Source: Prochlorococcus sp. AG-442-N07 (GTDB lineage Bacteria > Cyanobacteriota > Cyanobacteriia > PCC-6307 > Cyanobiaceae). From it: DNA of 64,000 nt. Both the position numbers and the translations under genes were made by a program. The DNA lies in the NCBI GenBank assembly GCA_003209675.1, contig QCPX01000008.1:3429-67428 (forward strand), read 5' to 3'. Each line of letters starts with the position of its first letter. Positions within the stretch are counted from its first letter, which is position 1. Shown here in pieces: positions 1 through 11,582 of this stretch. The notes under the pieces were generated by a model. That model was not told where the DNA came from. It ran no database searches and saw only the letters and a list, made by a program, of their open reading frames with translations.

Positions 1-585
1 ACCATGGGCTTCATCAACTAAAACAGGTAAATTTTTTTGATGACAATAATCTATTAAAGGTTCTAAATCTCCGGAATAACCATGATAAGAGGGATTTACA
101 AGAATGACCCCTGCAATTTTATTCTCATCAAAATTTAATTTTTTAAATACATTTTTCAACCAAATTTTTGTAATCGGTTTGTAATGCCCCGTTCCAGTTG
201 AGAATTCTAGGTCAAAAAATATTGGATTTATATTCTGCATCGCACAGATTTTTATAACACTTATGTGAACATTCCTAGGCATCAGGATATTTTCGCCTGG
301 ATTTGCCATTGCTATTACTGCTGATTGTATTAATCCGGAAGCACCATTAACTCCAAAAAAACATCTTTTAGCCCCAAATTTATCAGAGAATTCCCTTTGA
401 GATTTAGCAATTAATCCGCTTTGGGATAGTGGTGAACCTATTTCTGGTAGTTCGGGCAAGTCCCAATACCCAGGCGGATTTTTTAATAACTTCACTAATT
501 TCTTTGGTAAAGCTTCACCTCTGTTATGAGCAGGAAAGAATAAAGACTTTAAAAACTTTTTAGTTAGAAAAGATGAAATGCTCAT
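1..585 (-). CDS. Orn/Lys/Arg decarboxylase family PLP-dependent enzyme (3' end runs off the window)
   Basis: Manual translation from ATG at 585: MSISSFLTKKFLKSLFFPAHNRG...DLPELPEIGSPL...FGVNGASGLIQSAVIAMANPGENILMPRNVHISV. These are typical motifs of this family. Not in the ORF track. Confidence 0.85.
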   Translation of the reverse strand, partial: MSISSFLTKKFLKSLFFPAHNRGEALPKKLVKLLKNPPGYWDLPELPEIGSPLSQSGLIAKSQREFSDKFGAKRCFFGVNGASGLIQSAVIAMANPGENILMPRNVHISVIKICAMQNINPIFFDLEFSTGTGHYKPITKIWLKNVFKKLNFDENKIAGVILVNPSYHGYSGDLEPLIDYCHQKNLPVLVDEAHG

Positions 586-649
586 AAAGTATTATCTACA
601 TATATAGAATGGATAAAGAGGTAATCTTTTTTGATATTTTTTAACTTTA

Positions 650-2305
650 ATGAAAAAATCTTTTTCGAAATATTCAGCAAAAGATAATTTACTTTGGTTG
701 ATTTTGAGACCATGGATTTTTATACCAAGAGTTTTATATATCCTTTTAACTTTTATTTTTCTTTTTTTGAGAATACTACTTCAAGGTAACAGTAAAAATA
801 AAAATGTACAAAAAAATCTCTCGAAATATCTTTTCGATGTAATAACAGATTTAGGCCCTTGTTTTATCAAATTAGGCCAAGCACTCTCAACTAGACCAGA
901 TCTTGTTAGACAAGATTGGCTTACAGAACTTACAAACTTACAAGATAACCTCCCAGCATTTGATCACAAAATTGCTTTAAAAATCATTGAAGAGGAACTT
1001 GGATCACCTGCTAATGAATTATTTGAAGAGTTTCCAGATAGTCCTATTGCTTCTGCAAGCTTAGGTCAAGTTTATAAAGCAAAAATAAATAATTCTTATT
1101 TAGCTGTGAAAGTACAGCGGCCAAATTTATATTTTCTTATAAGAAGGGATGTTGTAATCTTGAGGTTTTTAGGAACTTTTTTATCCCCACTCTTACCTCT
1201 AAATGTAGGTGTTGGAATTGGGGAAATAATAGATGAATTCGGTAAGGCACTTTTTGATGAAATTGACTATCAACAAGAGGCCGAAAATGCTTTGAGGTTT
1301 GCAAATTTATTTAAAGAAAACCCAAATATTTTTATTCCTAAATTAGAAAAACAGTTTTCTTCCAAAAGGGTAATCACAACTTCTTGGATTGATGGAGTTA
1401 AGTTAAGGGATCGAGCTTTACTAGAGGAAAATAACTTAATACCTGCTTCGTTTATAAAAACATGCGTCATCAGTGGACTGCAGCAATTATTTGAATTTGG
1501 ATATTTTCATGCAGACCCACACCCTGGAAATATGTTTGCTCTCAAAGGAGGAAATGCAGATTGTGGAAATTTAGCTTATGTTGATTTCGGAATGATGGAT
1601 ACCATTACAAATTCAGATAGACTGACTCTTATTAAGGCAATTGTTCACATAATAAACGATGAATACTATCTTCTAGCTGAAGATTTCCAGAAATTAGGTT
1701 TTTTAACCAAAGAACAAGATCTTCTCAAACTTGTTGAACCATTAAAAGAAGTTTTAGGAGGATCTTTTGGCGCTGAGGTTGGTAATTTTAATCTTAAAAA
1801 TGTAACCGACAAATTCTCAAAACTAATGTATTCCTATCCTTTCAGAGTACCAAGTAGGTTTGCCTTAATAATAAGAGCCGTAGTTAGTCAAGAAGGTTTG
1901 GCACTAAGGTTAGACCCTGAATTTAAAATTTTAAAAATAGCTTATCCATATATTGCTAAAAAACTGTTGACCGATAATTCTGAAGAGATTTTAGAAATAC
2001 TTTTAGAAGTCGTTTTTGATAAAAAAGGTCAAATCCAAGTTGAAAAAGTTGAAAGTTTATTAAATATTTTATTTAGAGATTCAGAGAGTATTAATTCAGA
2101 TCTCATACCAGTTGCGAACGCTGGATTGAAATTATTTGTCAGTAAAAAAGGATCTGAAGTTAGGAAGAATCTTCTTTTAAGTCTTATAAAAGATGAAAAA
2201 TTAGAATTTAGTGATGCGAAAAAACTCCTAGCTTTAATTAGAAATACTTTTAGCCCGTTGAATATTGCAAAAAGTGCAGTGCAAAATATTATTTCTACAG
2301 TTTAG
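650..2305 (+). CDS. ABC1/UbiB family atypical protein kinase
   Basis: LGPCFIKLGQALSTRPDL, PIASASLGQVYKA, VAVKVQRP-like, FHADPHPGN and YVDFGMM motifs. Confidence 0.92.
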   Translation: MKKSFSKYSAKDNLLWLILRPWIFIPRVLYILLTFIFLFLRILLQGNSKNKNVQKNLSKYLFDVITDLGPCFIKLGQALSTRPDLVRQDWLTELTNLQDNLPAFDHKIALKIIEEELGSPANELFEEFPDSPIASASLGQVYKAKINNSYLAVKVQRPNLYFLIRRDVVILRFLGTFLSPLLPLNVGVGIGEIIDEFGKALFDEIDYQQEAENALRFANLFKENPNIFIPKLEKQFSSKRVITTSWIDGVKLRDRALLEENNLIPASFIKTCVISGLQQLFEFGYFHADPHPGNMFALKGGNADCGNLAYVDFGMMDTITNSDRLTLIKAIVHIINDEYYLLAEDFQKLGFLTKEQDLLKLVEPLKEVLGGSFGAEVGNFNLKNVTDKFSKLMYSYPFRVPSRFALIIRAVVSQEGLALRLDPEFKILKIAYPYIAKKLLTDNSEEILEILLEVVFDKKGQIQVEKVESLLNILFRDSESINSDLIPVANAGLKLFVSKKGSEVRKNLLLSLIKDEKLEFSDAKKLLALIRNTFSPLNIAKSAVQNIISTV

Positions 2306-2413
2306 TTTTATATTTATTTCTAATTAACTCACTTATGATTTTAATTCGACTAAAATTGAATGTAATGTTTAAAAGTAACAAGTAAAAGGGATTATTTATT
2401 TTTGGAAGATTAA

Positions 2414-2908
2414 ATGAATATTTTGAAAAATCGCTTTTTACTTCACAAAAAATCTGAAAAAAATAAAGACTCTGGTTCTGGATTGGTTGACCAATATATT
2501 GAAATTGCAAAGTTAGTAAAAGAAGCAAGAATACAACAAAACCTAACAATTAAAGATTTATCATATATTTCAAAAATTCCTGAACGAATAATATACTCTA
2601 TTGAAAATAATAATAAAAATATTAGGCCAGAGTATCCTTTTATTAGATCTATATTAATTAAATTAGAGGAATGCTTAGTATTAAAAAAAAATACATTATT
2701 AAAGTTAACAGTTAAAGAAAGAAAAATTTTAAAAAAAGAGGGAAAGGATTTTCTGTTCAGGGAATTCGATCTTATCAATACATGGCAAGGAAGTCTTTTG
2801 TATTTTTTTATATTAGTTCTAACTATATTTATATTGAAGAGATACTTTATTTTAAATGTAAATGTTATAGAGATTCAAAATATTGAAAATCAAATGATTG
2901 ATAAATAA
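2414..2908 (+). CDS. XRE-type helix-turn-helix protein with C-terminal TM helix (RodZ-like)
   Basis: VKEARIQQNLTIKDLSYISKIPERIIYSIE HTH followed by a hydrophobic C-terminal segment. Confidence 0.65.
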   Translation: MNILKNRFLLHKKSEKNKDSGSGLVDQYIEIAKLVKEARIQQNLTIKDLSYISKIPERIIYSIENNNKNIRPEYPFIRSILIKLEECLVLKKNTLLKLTVKERKILKKEGKDFLFREFDLINTWQGSLLYFFILVLTIFILKRYFILNVNVIEIQNIENQMIDK

Positions 2909-2921
2909 TTTTTAATAATTT

Positions 2922-4442
2922 CTACTTTAGAGTTCTCCCAAAATTATTTCCTAGCTCACTAAACATTCTTATATAATCCTCTATTTCTTCTAAAGGAATA
3001 TTTAACTTCCATTTCCAGTTATTTTTTGTGGTGCCAGGTTTATTTAATCTACTTGAATCGTCTAGAGATAATAGATCTTGTAATGGAGCGATAAAGAGAT
3101 TAGCATTTGTTTTCATGCCAATTTCTATTAAATCCCAAGAAGGATTTTCTGAAAATTTATACTCATCTTTTATTCTTTTTTTGGATTCATAATCTAAATA
3201 TTTCCACCATGAAACAGAAGTAGAGTTGTCGTGAGTACCTGTATAAACAACCCAATTTTCTCCTTTAATATTCTTAGGCAAATAAGGATTATCTTCATTG
3301 CCATCAAAAGCGAATTGTAATATTTTCATGCCAGGCAGTTCGAAGTTCTTCCTTAATTTCTCTACATCTGGGGTTATTACTCCCAGATCCTCCGCAATAA
3401 TTGGTAGATAGTTACCCCCTAGATCCTTTTTTACTTTATTCAATAGTGTTTTACCTGGAGAATTTATCCATTTCCCAATAATTGCCGTTTTAGAACTGCC
3501 ATTAACTCTCCAGTAACCCGCTAAACCCCTGAAATGATCAAATCTCAATATATCCACAAGTTCAAATTGTCTTTGAAATCTTTTTCTCCACCAATTAAAA
3601 TTAGTCCTTTTATGTTTTGACCAAAAGTAAGTTGGGGTACCCCATAATTGTCCTGTTGATGAAAAATAATCAGGTGGAACGCCACTTTGAAAGATTAAAT
3701 CTCCACTTTTAAAAATTGAAAATAATGATTTATTACTCCATACATCGGCGCTGTCTCTAGAGACATAAAAAGGCAAATCTCCTATTAACTTAATATTTCT
3801 TGATTTTGCAAAGTTTTTAATAACTCTCCATTGCTCATCAAGATGCCACTGTATTAATTTTTTAATAAGTATCTCTTCACTTTTTTTCTTAATCCACGAT
3901 TTTAAGAATTTGTTATTTTTTATTTTAAATTCTTTAGGCCATTCCCACCAAGGCAACATGTTAAATTCCTCTTTGATAACATCAAATGTTGCATAATCTT
4001 CAACCCAAGAATGCCTACTGACCCATTTGTTAAAATTAATTTTTGTTTCTTCAGATTGTGAACTCCAACCTTGCAAAAGGAGGAGACCTAATTTTTTTGT
4101 TAAGTCATCCGCAATGTCAAAATCAAAATGATCTTTATTCTGATTTATTGGACCTAGATTTTCTTTATTTGAAATGAAGATAAAACCTTTTTCGATTAAA
4201 TCATCTATATCCAAAAACCATGGGTTTAGAGCAAAACTAGATGGGGAACTATATGGAGAACCTGTAGAGTCAGTAGGTGTAAGAGGCAAAAATTGCCAGT
4301 ATTCAATTCCATGCTTATGAAGTTTTTTTATCCATTCTTTAGCTCCTCTACCAAAAGTTCCACATACTCTTCCTCCCGGAATACATGTTGGATGCATAAG
4401 TACGCCTAGTGATTTTCTTGAAATAATTGACTCTATAGACAT
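2922..4442 (-). CDS. malQ: 4-alpha-glucanotransferase (amylomaltase, GH77)
   Basis: GVLMHPT, WQFLPLTP, SPYSS, GDLPFYV, GVPPDYFS, RFDHFRG, IIAEDLG and YTGTHDN motifs. Confidence 0.96.
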   Translation of the reverse strand: MSIESIISRKSLGVLMHPTCIPGGRVCGTFGRGAKEWIKKLHKHGIEYWQFLPLTPTDSTGSPYSSPSSFALNPWFLDIDDLIEKGFIFISNKENLGPINQNKDHFDFDIADDLTKKLGLLLLQGWSSQSEETKINFNKWVSRHSWVEDYATFDVIKEEFNMLPWWEWPKEFKIKNNKFLKSWIKKKSEEILIKKLIQWHLDEQWRVIKNFAKSRNIKLIGDLPFYVSRDSADVWSNKSLFSIFKSGDLIFQSGVPPDYFSSTGQLWGTPTYFWSKHKRTNFNWWRKRFQRQFELVDILRFDHFRGLAGYWRVNGSSKTAIIGKWINSPGKTLLNKVKKDLGGNYLPIIAEDLGVITPDVEKLRKNFELPGMKILQFAFDGNEDNPYLPKNIKGENWVVYTGTHDNSTSVSWWKYLDYESKKRIKDEYKFSENPSWDLIEIGMKTNANLFIAPLQDLLSLDDSSRLNKPGTTKNNWKWKLNIPLEEIEDYIRMFSELGNNFGRTLK

Positions 4443-4688
4443 ATTTTCAATATATTTTGATTCTTTACACTTAACGTGTTTTTAATTCTCTAAATTCAAC
4501 CATATACAAATTTTTTTTAATTGACAAATATCATTCTTGGTTTTTAAGTCTGGATAAATATAAATTCTAATTTTTAATAAGCAATTTTTTGCTTAATTGA
4601 GGTGACTTTTGAAAATATCTAGTCATTATCTTTTGCGAAATTCACATAAACGACTACGATAAGAATATAGTTTTATGGTGCAAATTTC

Positions 4689-5684
4689 GTGACAAGTTTT
4701 ATCACGGCAATGCAGAATAAAGAATCGAACTTTAATCTAACCAATAGTAGATTAAGGTTAGTAAGTGGGACAACAAACCCTAAATTAGCTGAAGAAATTG
4801 CATCATACTTAGGGATTGAAAATGTACCTTTAATATCTAAAAGATTTGCAGATGGAGAACTTTACGTTCAGATTCAGCAATCTATTAGAGGTTGTGATGT
4901 ATTCCTCATACAACCTACATGCGCTCCTGTAAACGATAGTTTAATGGAGCTCATGATCATGGTTGATGCATGCAAGAGGGCGTCTGCAAGACAAATTACA
5001 GCTGTAATTCCCTATTTTGGATATGCAAGGGCGGATAGAAAGACCTCAGGAAGAGAGTCTATAACTGCAAAATTAACTGCCAATTTACTTGAGAAAGCAG
5101 GAGTTGATAGAGTTCTAGCGATGGACTTACATTCTGCTCAAATTCAAGGCTACTTTGATATACCATGCGATCATATTTACGGTTCACCTGTATTAATTGA
5201 TTATCTAGAAACTTTAGATTTAGAGGAAATAGTTGTAGTCTCTCCTGATGTAGGCGGGGTGGCGAGAGCAAGAGCATTCGCGAAATTAATGAAGGATGCG
5301 CCGTTGGCTATCATTGATAAAAGAAGATCTGCACATAATATCGCTGAAAGTCTAACGGTTATCGGTGAAGTTAAAGGCAAAACGGCTATTCTTATAGATG
5401 ACATGATAGACACGGGAGGTACAATTTGTTCTGGAGCAAATTTACTAAAAAAAGAAGGAGCTAATAGAATATTTGCATGTGCCTCACATGCTGTATTTTC
5501 GCCTCCTTCTTATGAAAGATTAAGTACTAAGAATCTTTTCGAACAAGTTATTGTGACTAACAGCATACCAGTTATACATAAAGATAATTTTCCACAGTTA
5601 AAAGTTCTTTCCGTCGCAAATATGCTGGGGGAAGCTATTTGGAGAATCCATGAAGAAAGTTCTGTTAGTTCTATGTTCAGATAA
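4689..5684 (+). CDS. prs: Ribose-phosphate pyrophosphokinase
   Basis: FADGE, PYFGYARADRK, DLHSAQIQGYF, VVSPDVGG and LIDDMIDTGGT motifs; GTG start. Confidence 0.97.
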   Translation: MTSFITAMQNKESNFNLTNSRLRLVSGTTNPKLAEEIASYLGIENVPLISKRFADGELYVQIQQSIRGCDVFLIQPTCAPVNDSLMELMIMVDACKRASARQITAVIPYFGYARADRKTSGRESITAKLTANLLEKAGVDRVLAMDLHSAQIQGYFDIPCDHIYGSPVLIDYLETLDLEEIVVVSPDVGGVARARAFAKLMKDAPLAIIDKRRSAHNIAESLTVIGEVKGKTAILIDDMIDTGGTICSGANLLKKEGANRIFACASHAVFSPPSYERLSTKNLFEQVIVTNSIPVIHKDNFPQLKVLSVANMLGEAIWRIHEESSVSSMFR

Positions 5685-5697
5685 AAGAAATTATTTT

Positions 5698-6132
5698 TTA
5701 CAACCCTTGTAATTTCTTCAGCCTCTCAGTTTCAATCTTAAATTGTTTTTCAATCTTTTCAGGAACATTATCTGGACACACCTTAAGAGCTGATTCAACT
5801 AATTGAAGAGATGCAATAAATTGTAATTGTTTCATATCAACTGTTTGTTCTTTCTTCCTCTCTATTATTTTCCCTCCATGTTTTTGTGAAACTACTGATG
5901 CAAATGTTGCTGATGCAACGTTTAATGTTTTTGGGAAATCCAAATCGAATCCTTTTCTTGTCGCATTACATAGAAATGAAACACCCATCCCATGATATAA
6001 ATCTAAATCATTTTTGTTAGCAGGCGAATTTTTAACATTTGCTTTTAATTTATTAAATTCGTTATTTGTATCAAATAAAAAAGATAAAAAAATTAAGGGA
6101 ATTACAAAAATTTTAAATATTTTTAAACTCAT
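5698..6132 (-). CDS. Secreted hypothetical protein (picocyanobacterial C...KHGG...CP..VP type)
   Basis: Signal-peptide-like N-terminus; two Cys (FLCNA, KVCPDNVP). Confidence 0.6.
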   Translation of the reverse strand: MSLKIFKIFVIPLIFLSFLFDTNNEFNKLKANVKNSPANKNDLDLYHGMGVSFLCNATRKGFDLDFPKTLNVASATFASVVSQKHGGKIIERKKEQTVDMKQLQFIASLQLVESALKVCPDNVPEKIEKQFKIETERLKKLQGL

Positions 6133-6204
6133 ATTTGATTTATTTTTAATTCATATTATTAAAGATAACATTTTTTATTTTTATACTAAATCAACTAACG
6201 GAAT

Positions 6205-6744
6205 TTACTTAATAATTTTAATTTCGTGATGATTCTCAACTATTTTAAGCATATCCTTGTTCCATGAATATATAACCCTAAATCTATAATTGTCAGAATC
6301 TACAAGTCTTGTGTGTTCAAGAATATACCAATCTTTGTAAGAAGATTCAAAAATCATTTCGTGTTCATCGACTTGTTTAATATTTGAAATACCTTCATCG
6401 TTGCTTAAATAAAAATTTCCCCTCTTAAGTTGATGGCCTTTTAAAAATGCATGCATTTCTCCTCGTTCTTTATACTGGGGATTTTCGTCAAAGAAATTAT
6501 ATGTTTTTTCCGGATACCAAGTAAATTTATAATGCGACTCCCATTCAGATTTACTATCTAGAGCCTCAATATTTATATTCATACTTAAATTATAAGTTTT
6601 TTTTGATTCATCGAGAAAGTACGTTCTATTAGATTTCCACAATCCAATATTCCTTGAAAACCACCTTTTTAAATTACTATTTAAATTGATTTCAGGAGGG
6701 TTTTCACCAAAATGTAAATTTTTCTTTGGGTTAATAGCAACCAT
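6205..6744 (-). CDS. CpcS/CpeS-like (lipocalin-fold) phycobiliprotein-lyase-like protein
   Basis: N-terminal WFSRNIGLWKSNRTY resembles the S-type lyase F..S.G.W.S.RT motif; C-terminal EHTRLVDSDNYRFR...HHEIKI fits the family end. Judged by eye. Confidence 0.5.
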   Translation of the reverse strand: MVAINPKKNLHFGENPPEINLNSNLKRWFSRNIGLWKSNRTYFLDESKKTYNLSMNINIEALDSKSEWESHYKFTWYPEKTYNFFDENPQYKERGEMHAFLKGHQLKRGNFYLSNDEGISNIKQVDEHEMIFESSYKDWYILEHTRLVDSDNYRFRVIYSWNKDMLKIVENHHEIKIIK

Positions 6745-6850
6745 TTATAAATAAGTCCTATTTATTTAATAGCCTATCTGTAAAATAAAAAAAAATATCT
6801 TAAGGTGTTTATAAGGATTAACAGCTTTTCAACACTTCTGAGGAATTCAT

Positions 6851-7969
6851 TTGAATGATAAAAAAGAGCTAAAATTAATACTTGTGGCAGCTAGAAATCA
6901 ACTTTCTAGTAATGACATTAAGTCTCTAATAGCTTATTTAGAATCAGATGACTGTGAATTTAAGATATCTCTTCAGATTTCTGAACCTACTGAGCAGCCA
7001 GAATTACTTGAGTTACATAGATTAGTCGCTATTCCTGCTCTTATAAAGGTTTCCCCTGCTCCAAAGCAAATATTTGCTGGAAGTAATATTTTCTCTCAGT
7101 TGCAAAAATGGTTGCCAAGGTGGTCACAAGAAGGCTTAACAAAAAATCTTGGTATTAATTTGCAGCCCTCCAAAATTGATTCAATAAGAACTCAAAAAGA
7201 ATTTCTATTGGAAGACGAACTTCTTGTGTTAAGACAAGAAAATGAGACATTAACAAAAAGAATAGAGTCTCAGGAAAGGTTATTAAGAATGGTCGCGCAT
7301 GAATTAAGAACACCTTTAACTGCTGCTACTTTGGCTGTTCAAAGTCAAAAACTTGGACAAATAGATATTTCAAAATTACAGGAGGTAATTAAAAGACGTC
7401 TTGAAGAGATTGAACTCTTATCTCAGGATCTTTTGGAGGTTGGAACAACTAAATGGGAAGCGTTATTTAATCCTCAGAAAATTGATTTGGGTAATATTAG
7501 TGCTGAAGTAATACTCGAATTAGAAAAATTCTGGAGATTAAGGAATATAGAGATTGATACTGATATTCCATCTGATCTTCCAAGTGTATTTGCAGATCAA
7601 AGAAGAATGAGGCAAGTATTTTTAAATTTAATTGAAAATGCTATTAAATTTTCTAAAGACTCTGGATCTATAAAAATCACTATGATTCATAAGACAAATC
7701 AATGGGTAGAAATAACAATTTGTGACAAAGGTGCAGGGATTCCTTTAAGCGAACAAAAAAGAATTTTTCTTGATAGGGTTAGGCTTCCCCAGACTTCTGA
7801 AGGAACTTCAGGATTTGGCATAGGTTTGTCAGTATGTAGGAGAATAGTACAAGTCCATGGAGGAAGAATATGGGTCGTATCTGAAATTGGTGAGGGTTCC
7901 TGCTTCCATTTCACAGTTCCTGTGTGGCAAGGACAAAACAAAGAGCAACAATACTTGACGAAAGGCTAG
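6851..7969 (+). CDS. sasA: Adaptive-response sensor histidine kinase with N-terminal KaiB-like domain
   Basis: KaiB-like [29 protein letters not shown]; H-box AHELRTPLT; N-box NLIENAIKF; G-boxes DKGAGI and GFGIGL. Confidence 0.92.
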   Translation: MNDKKELKLILVAARNQLSSNDIKSLIAYLESDDCEFKISLQISEPTEQPELLELHRLVAIPALIKVSPAPKQIFAGSNIFSQLQKWLPRWSQEGLTKNLGINLQPSKIDSIRTQKEFLLEDELLVLRQENETLTKRIESQERLLRMVAHELRTPLTAATLAVQSQKLGQIDISKLQEVIKRRLEEIELLSQDLLEVGTTKWEALFNPQKIDLGNISAEVILELEKFWRLRNIEIDTDIPSDLPSVFADQRRMRQVFLNLIENAIKFSKDSGSIKITMIHKTNQWVEITICDKGAGIPLSEQKRIFLDRVRLPQTSEGTSGFGIGLSVCRRIVQVHGGRIWVVSEIGEGSCFHFTVPVWQGQNKEQQYLTKG

Positions 7970-8011
7970 CCTTACTCTTAGTTTTTTATAAAGCTGTTAT
8001 GCTAATTTCCT

Positions 8012-8084
8012 GGCCCCATCGTCTAGAGGCCTAGGACACCTCCCTTTCACGGAGGCGACAGGGGTTCGAATCCCCTTGGGGCTA
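8012..8084 (+). tRNA. trnE: tRNA-Glu (anticodon UUC)
   Basis: Full cloverleaf: acceptor GGCCCCA/TGGGGCT, anticodon arm CCTCC-CTTTCAC-GGAGG, T-arm AGGGG-TTCGAAT-CCCCT; CCA not encoded. Confidence 0.97.
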
Positions 8085-8095
8085 TTTATTTAAAT

Positions 8096-8638
8096 TTATA
8101 ACGATCTTTTTGATAATTTTGCTTGCCTATCTACGGCAATTAAATTTTCTGAAAGATCCTTTTTCAGTCTTTTTTCTATCATCCCTATTGGCATCCATTG
8201 ACAACCTTGAACAGTAAGATCGTAAATTAATGAATTTTTTGAAGTATTTTTAATTTTTTGTATTTTCCAACTACCTTCAAATTTCCTGAAATCTCCTTTT
8301 ATCAAATTAAATTTTAAGAGGCCAAGCTCCTTATCTTCAAATAAGTCTATAGTTACTTCAGCTGAAAATTTCATGCCAAGGAAATCCTGAGCCCCAACTT
8401 GTTTAAGGTGTATATTATTTTCCTTCTGAAATATTTTTTTGCTCGATAAAAGATTTGGTATGTAAAGATTTAGTCGATCATAATCTGTTAAAACACTCCA
8501 CAAAGAATCGAAACTAGCAGAAGTTGTAAGTTGAGCTGCTAGTCGTCTTGTTCCGCTAGAAAGCTTTTCCATCGTCTGCTCAATTGTCCTGAAATCATTG
8601 TCTTTATAATGATTCATTGATTCTTGAGGATTGTTCAT
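8096..8638 (-). CDS. SRPBCC/START-like cyclase-dehydrase family protein
   Basis: LWSVLTDYDRLNLYIPNL, LKQVG, GDFRKFEGSWKI pattern. Confidence 0.8.
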   Translation of the reverse strand: MNNPQESMNHYKDNDFRTIEQTMEKLSSGTRRLAAQLTTSASFDSLWSVLTDYDRLNLYIPNLLSSKKIFQKENNIHLKQVGAQDFLGMKFSAEVTIDLFEDKELGLLKFNLIKGDFRKFEGSWKIQKIKNTSKNSLIYDLTVQGCQWMPIGMIEKRLKKDLSENLIAVDRQAKLSKRSL

Positions 8639-8815
8639 ACAATGAATTCTTAATTAGATAAAAATTATTTCTGTGTAACTATACTGATAAAAACAACAAA
8701 AACTGAAAAATAAAAATAATTTCATCTATTTATTCCGATCTCAAAACGTAACCATTTTTGTAAAATCACTACGAATTAAACTACAAATTGATAATCTTTT
8801 ATTAAAGAAATCTAA

Positions 8816-9946
<1,131 letters not shown>

Positions 9947-10056
9947 ATCTTTGATATTTAGCTTTAAGTTTTACTTACTAAATACTTTTTGGTTTAGACA
10001 CAATATGTAGCTAATATTTGAAAAAAAGAGGATTTTAAATTAAGAATACTAAAAAT

Positions 10057-11580
10057 ATGTCTTCAACTTTAAGTAATCCTCTAAGATCAGGTTTACGGCA
10101 GGAAAGAGTCATTTCTCCACAATGCTTAGTAATATTTGGTGCTAGTGGAGACCTTACTCATAGAAAATTAATACCAGCCTTGTTTGAACTTTATTTGCAA
10201 AGAAGAATTCCTAGTGAATTCGGAATAGTTGGTTGTGCGAGAAGACCTTGGACTGATAATGAGTTTAGAGAAAAGATGAAAGTAAAGCTATCCAATCAAA
10301 TATCTGGTAAAGAAAGGGAGTGGGAACAATTTTCTAATTATCTTTTTTATGAACCAGTTGACTTACAACAAAGTGATCATGTTCTAAGGCTTTCTAGAAG
10401 ATTAAATGAAATTGATAAAATACAAGCTACTCATGGGAATAGAACATTTTATTTATCAGTATCTCCGAATTTCTATGCTAGTGGATGTAAAGCTCTTAAA
10501 GCAGCTTGCCTTTTAGATGACCCAAAAAAAAGTCGTTTAGTGATTGAAAAACCTTTTGGGAGAGATTATTCAAGTGCAAAAAAATTGAATAAGATCGTTC
10601 AAAGTTGCGCTGAAGAAAGTCAGATTTATAGGATTGATCATTATTTAGGTAAAGAGACAGTTCAGAATATTCTTGTTTTGAGGTTTGCTAACACTATTTT
10701 TGAACCAATCTGGAACAGAAATTATATTTCAAGTGTTCAGATTACTTCATCTGAAACAGTGGGTGTTGAAGATAGAGCAGGTTATTACGAAAGCTCTGGT
10801 GCTTTAAGGGATATGCTTCAAAATCATATGACTCAAATGCTTGCTGTTACTGCTATGGAACCTCCTGGGAAGTTTGAACCAGAAGCAATAAGAAATGAAA
10901 AAGCTAAGGTTCTTCAAGCTTCAAAACTTGCTGACGAAAATGAACCTTGGAATTGTTGCATAAGAGGTCAATATGGAGAGGGAGGAAATATTTCAAATAG
11001 ACTCAAGGGATATAGGCAGGAAGATGGTGTTAATTGTAATAGCACGACAGAAACCTATATTGCGACAAAAGTTTTTGTTGATAACTGGCGTTGGCAAGGG
11101 GTCCCTTTTTATTTGAGAACAGGTAAAAGACTGCCTAAAAGACTTGGAGAAATAGTCTTGACTTTTAAAGACGTTCCTGTTCATTTATTTGAATCAACAA
11201 TAATAAATCCTGCCCCAAATCAACTTATCCTTAGAATTCAGCCAAATGAAGGTGCTACTTTCAAATTTGAGGTAAAATCTCCTGGTTCTGGAATGAAATC
11301 AAGACCTGTTGAGATGGAATTTTCTTATGATGAATCATTTGGAGAACCCTCAGATGAAGGCTATGTAAGATTATTAGCTGATGCAATGCTTTCTGACCCA
11401 ACCTTATTTACTCGAAGTGATGAAGTAGAAGCAGCCTGGAAACTGTATACGCCATTAATAGAATTGATGGATAATTCTCCTTGGAAGTTACCTATTTATA
11501 ATTATGAATCTATGACGTGGGGACCTCCTGAGTCTGATCAATTAATTTCAAAAGATAATATTTTCTGGCGTAGACCTTAA
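10057..11580 (+). CDS. zwf: Glucose-6-phosphate 1-dehydrogenase
   Basis: IFGASGDL, EKPFG, YRIDHYLGKETVQN and RWQGVPFYLRTGKRL motifs. Confidence 0.97.
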   Translation: MSSTLSNPLRSGLRQERVISPQCLVIFGASGDLTHRKLIPALFELYLQRRIPSEFGIVGCARRPWTDNEFREKMKVKLSNQISGKEREWEQFSNYLFYEPVDLQQSDHVLRLSRRLNEIDKIQATHGNRTFYLSVSPNFYASGCKALKAACLLDDPKKSRLVIEKPFGRDYSSAKKLNKIVQSCAEESQIYRIDHYLGKETVQNILVLRFANTIFEPIWNRNYISSVQITSSETVGVEDRAGYYESSGALRDMLQNHMTQMLAVTAMEPPGKFEPEAIRNEKAKVLQASKLADENEPWNCCIRGQYGEGGNISNRLKGYRQEDGVNCNSTTETYIATKVFVDNWRWQGVPFYLRTGKRLPKRLGEIVLTFKDVPVHLFESTIINPAPNQLILRIQPNEGATFKFEVKSPGSGMKSRPVEMEFSYDESFGEPSDEGYVRLLADAMLSDPTLFTRSDEVEAAWKLYTPLIELMDNSPWKLPIYNYESMTWGPPESDQLISKDNIFWRRP

Positions 11581-11582
11581 AA

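Noticed and set aside
8012-8084. tRNA-Glu as a possible island or prophage integration site
   Set aside because: No integrase, no duplicated tRNA 3' end elsewhere in the window, and core genes on both sides
10005-10020. GTA-containing sequence upstream of zwf as an NtcA box
   Set aside because: It lacks the TAC half-site at N8 spacing
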